A stretch of DNA of 63,242 nt, counting the filler, from Octopus bimaculoides (taxonomy: Eukaryota), in NCBI RefSeq assembly GCF_001194135.2. It is 5 parts of 5 records of this genome, joined end to end, with 100 filler letters (N's around TTAATTAATTAA, not from the genome) between each part and the next. Parts side by side here need not be neighbours in the genome. Positions count along the whole stretch, not along the records: positions 61,696 to 63,242 come from NW_026297408.1; 4 more parts are not named here. One strand, written 5' to 3'. Positions within the stretch are counted from its first letter, which is position 1. Each line of letters begins with the position of its first letter. A program made the position numbers and the translations under genes. The notes beneath the pieces are model-generated. The model had not been told where the DNA came from, ran no database searches, and saw only the letters and a program-made list of their open reading frames with translations. Shown here in pieces: positions 62,091 to 63,242 of the stretch.

Positions 62091-63165
62091 ACTGTAAACT
62101 TGAACCTTTTCTATGTACGTTGCTGTACTTTTAACTGTACTTTACACATAAGCCGCCCAACAGAGTTCTTCAGAGACCCTGTGGACTTGAAAACTCAGTA
62201 CTGCCCTTCCCTAACACTCTGTAGTTTAGGGATCAGGTCTGAATGAAACCCACAACCTCCCTATGTCACCCAACTCAACTTCCTCAATCAATGGACATAA
62301 TGTAAGGGGGCTGCTTGGTTGATTTGGACCCTACCCTTTTCTCACTACAACGATCTGAATGAACCCCTTGTAATCCCTGACTAACCAAATATTAGTTAGG
62401 GGTTACTAAGCTTCTGACTAAACACCATACAGGAATATCCTCTGCATTCTTAAAAAAAACTCGCCACTCTAGAACCCTAAATTCTTTAAAGTCCACCCCA
62501 AAAATCCACATTGTACAGAAACTTTAAGGGACCTTTTGTACCTGAATATAAAATTTAAAAAAAAAGCTGGTTGTAAGGGATTCCATGTGTATTGAAACTC
62601 TTAACAGAAACCCCTAAATCAGAATGGGATCTTTTAAGAGGCCCTTGTTCTTATTCTCTTCCTTCGAAATCCCAAATTTGCTTTGTATAGTAAGATAAAG
62701 GGAGCTGTTTATATTTGTACCTTAATGTTTTGAAAGAAAGGTAAAAAAAAAACAAAAAAAAACTGATGAAATAGAAACCCCTAAAGAACATCTTTTGGAC
62801 AATATGGGGGGGAGGGCTTACATGGGGGTTTCGTCTGCTTGTCTTAAATTATATGGTGACGCACATGCAAATGAGATGCACCCAGCTATATGTGGGAGAC
62901 GGGGGAAGGAAAGACAAACGCACACATTTACATACACAAACAATTAATACACGCACACATACACAAACACACACACACATGCATACTCTCATTTATGCGC
63001 ACAAAGGGGGCGACACACATACACACACACACATGATGGAACACACAGCAAGCACCCTTGTGATTGAGGAGGGGTGGTGGGCAGATATGCCAGAAATTCT
63101 TTCTCCAAAACCCACCAGACAATGCCCCCCCCAAAACATCCACCCAGAAAACACACGAACACATG

Positions 63166-63205
<40 letters not shown>

Positions 63206-63242
63206 CATATATATACATATATACATACATATATATATATAT

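Overview
AT-rich eukaryotic genomic DNA from a gapped draft assembly, dense in microsatellites, tRNA-headed SINEs and RTE tails. The repeat landscape looks like a coleoid cephalopod, most likely Octopus (inference from memory of these repeat families, not a database hit). Two spliced protein-coding genes are supported by canonical splice sites and phase-consistent exons. One is the last three exons of a DPY19L3-like C-mannosyltransferase (minus, 8092-12294). The other is an apparently complete 10-exon HAUS7-like augmin subunit (plus, 27770-39436, about 346 aa). Most of the rest is transposable element debris: near full-length and partial mariners, a pogo/Tigger remnant, a Tc1-derived palindromic element, Merlin (IS1595/ISXO2-like) transposase copies plus a Merlin-type MITE with an 8-bp TSD, piggyBac- and hAT-type MITEs, RTE, L1/Tx1 and I-clade LINE fragments, a probable solo LTR and three SINE families. 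No rRNA, bona fide tRNA gene or CRISPR array was found, and I cannot claim a new biological system. The best leads are: a CpG-rich hairpin in HAUS7 intron 1; inverted MITE copies bracketing HAUS7 exons 3-8 (circRNA geometry); a back-to-back inverted retroposon pair in a DPY19L3 intron (A-to-I editing substrate); a possible plus-strand spliced transcript antisense to DPY19L3; and the Merlin family cluster. All translations and alignments were done by eye. Repeat boundaries are approximate unless TIR/TSD positions are given.
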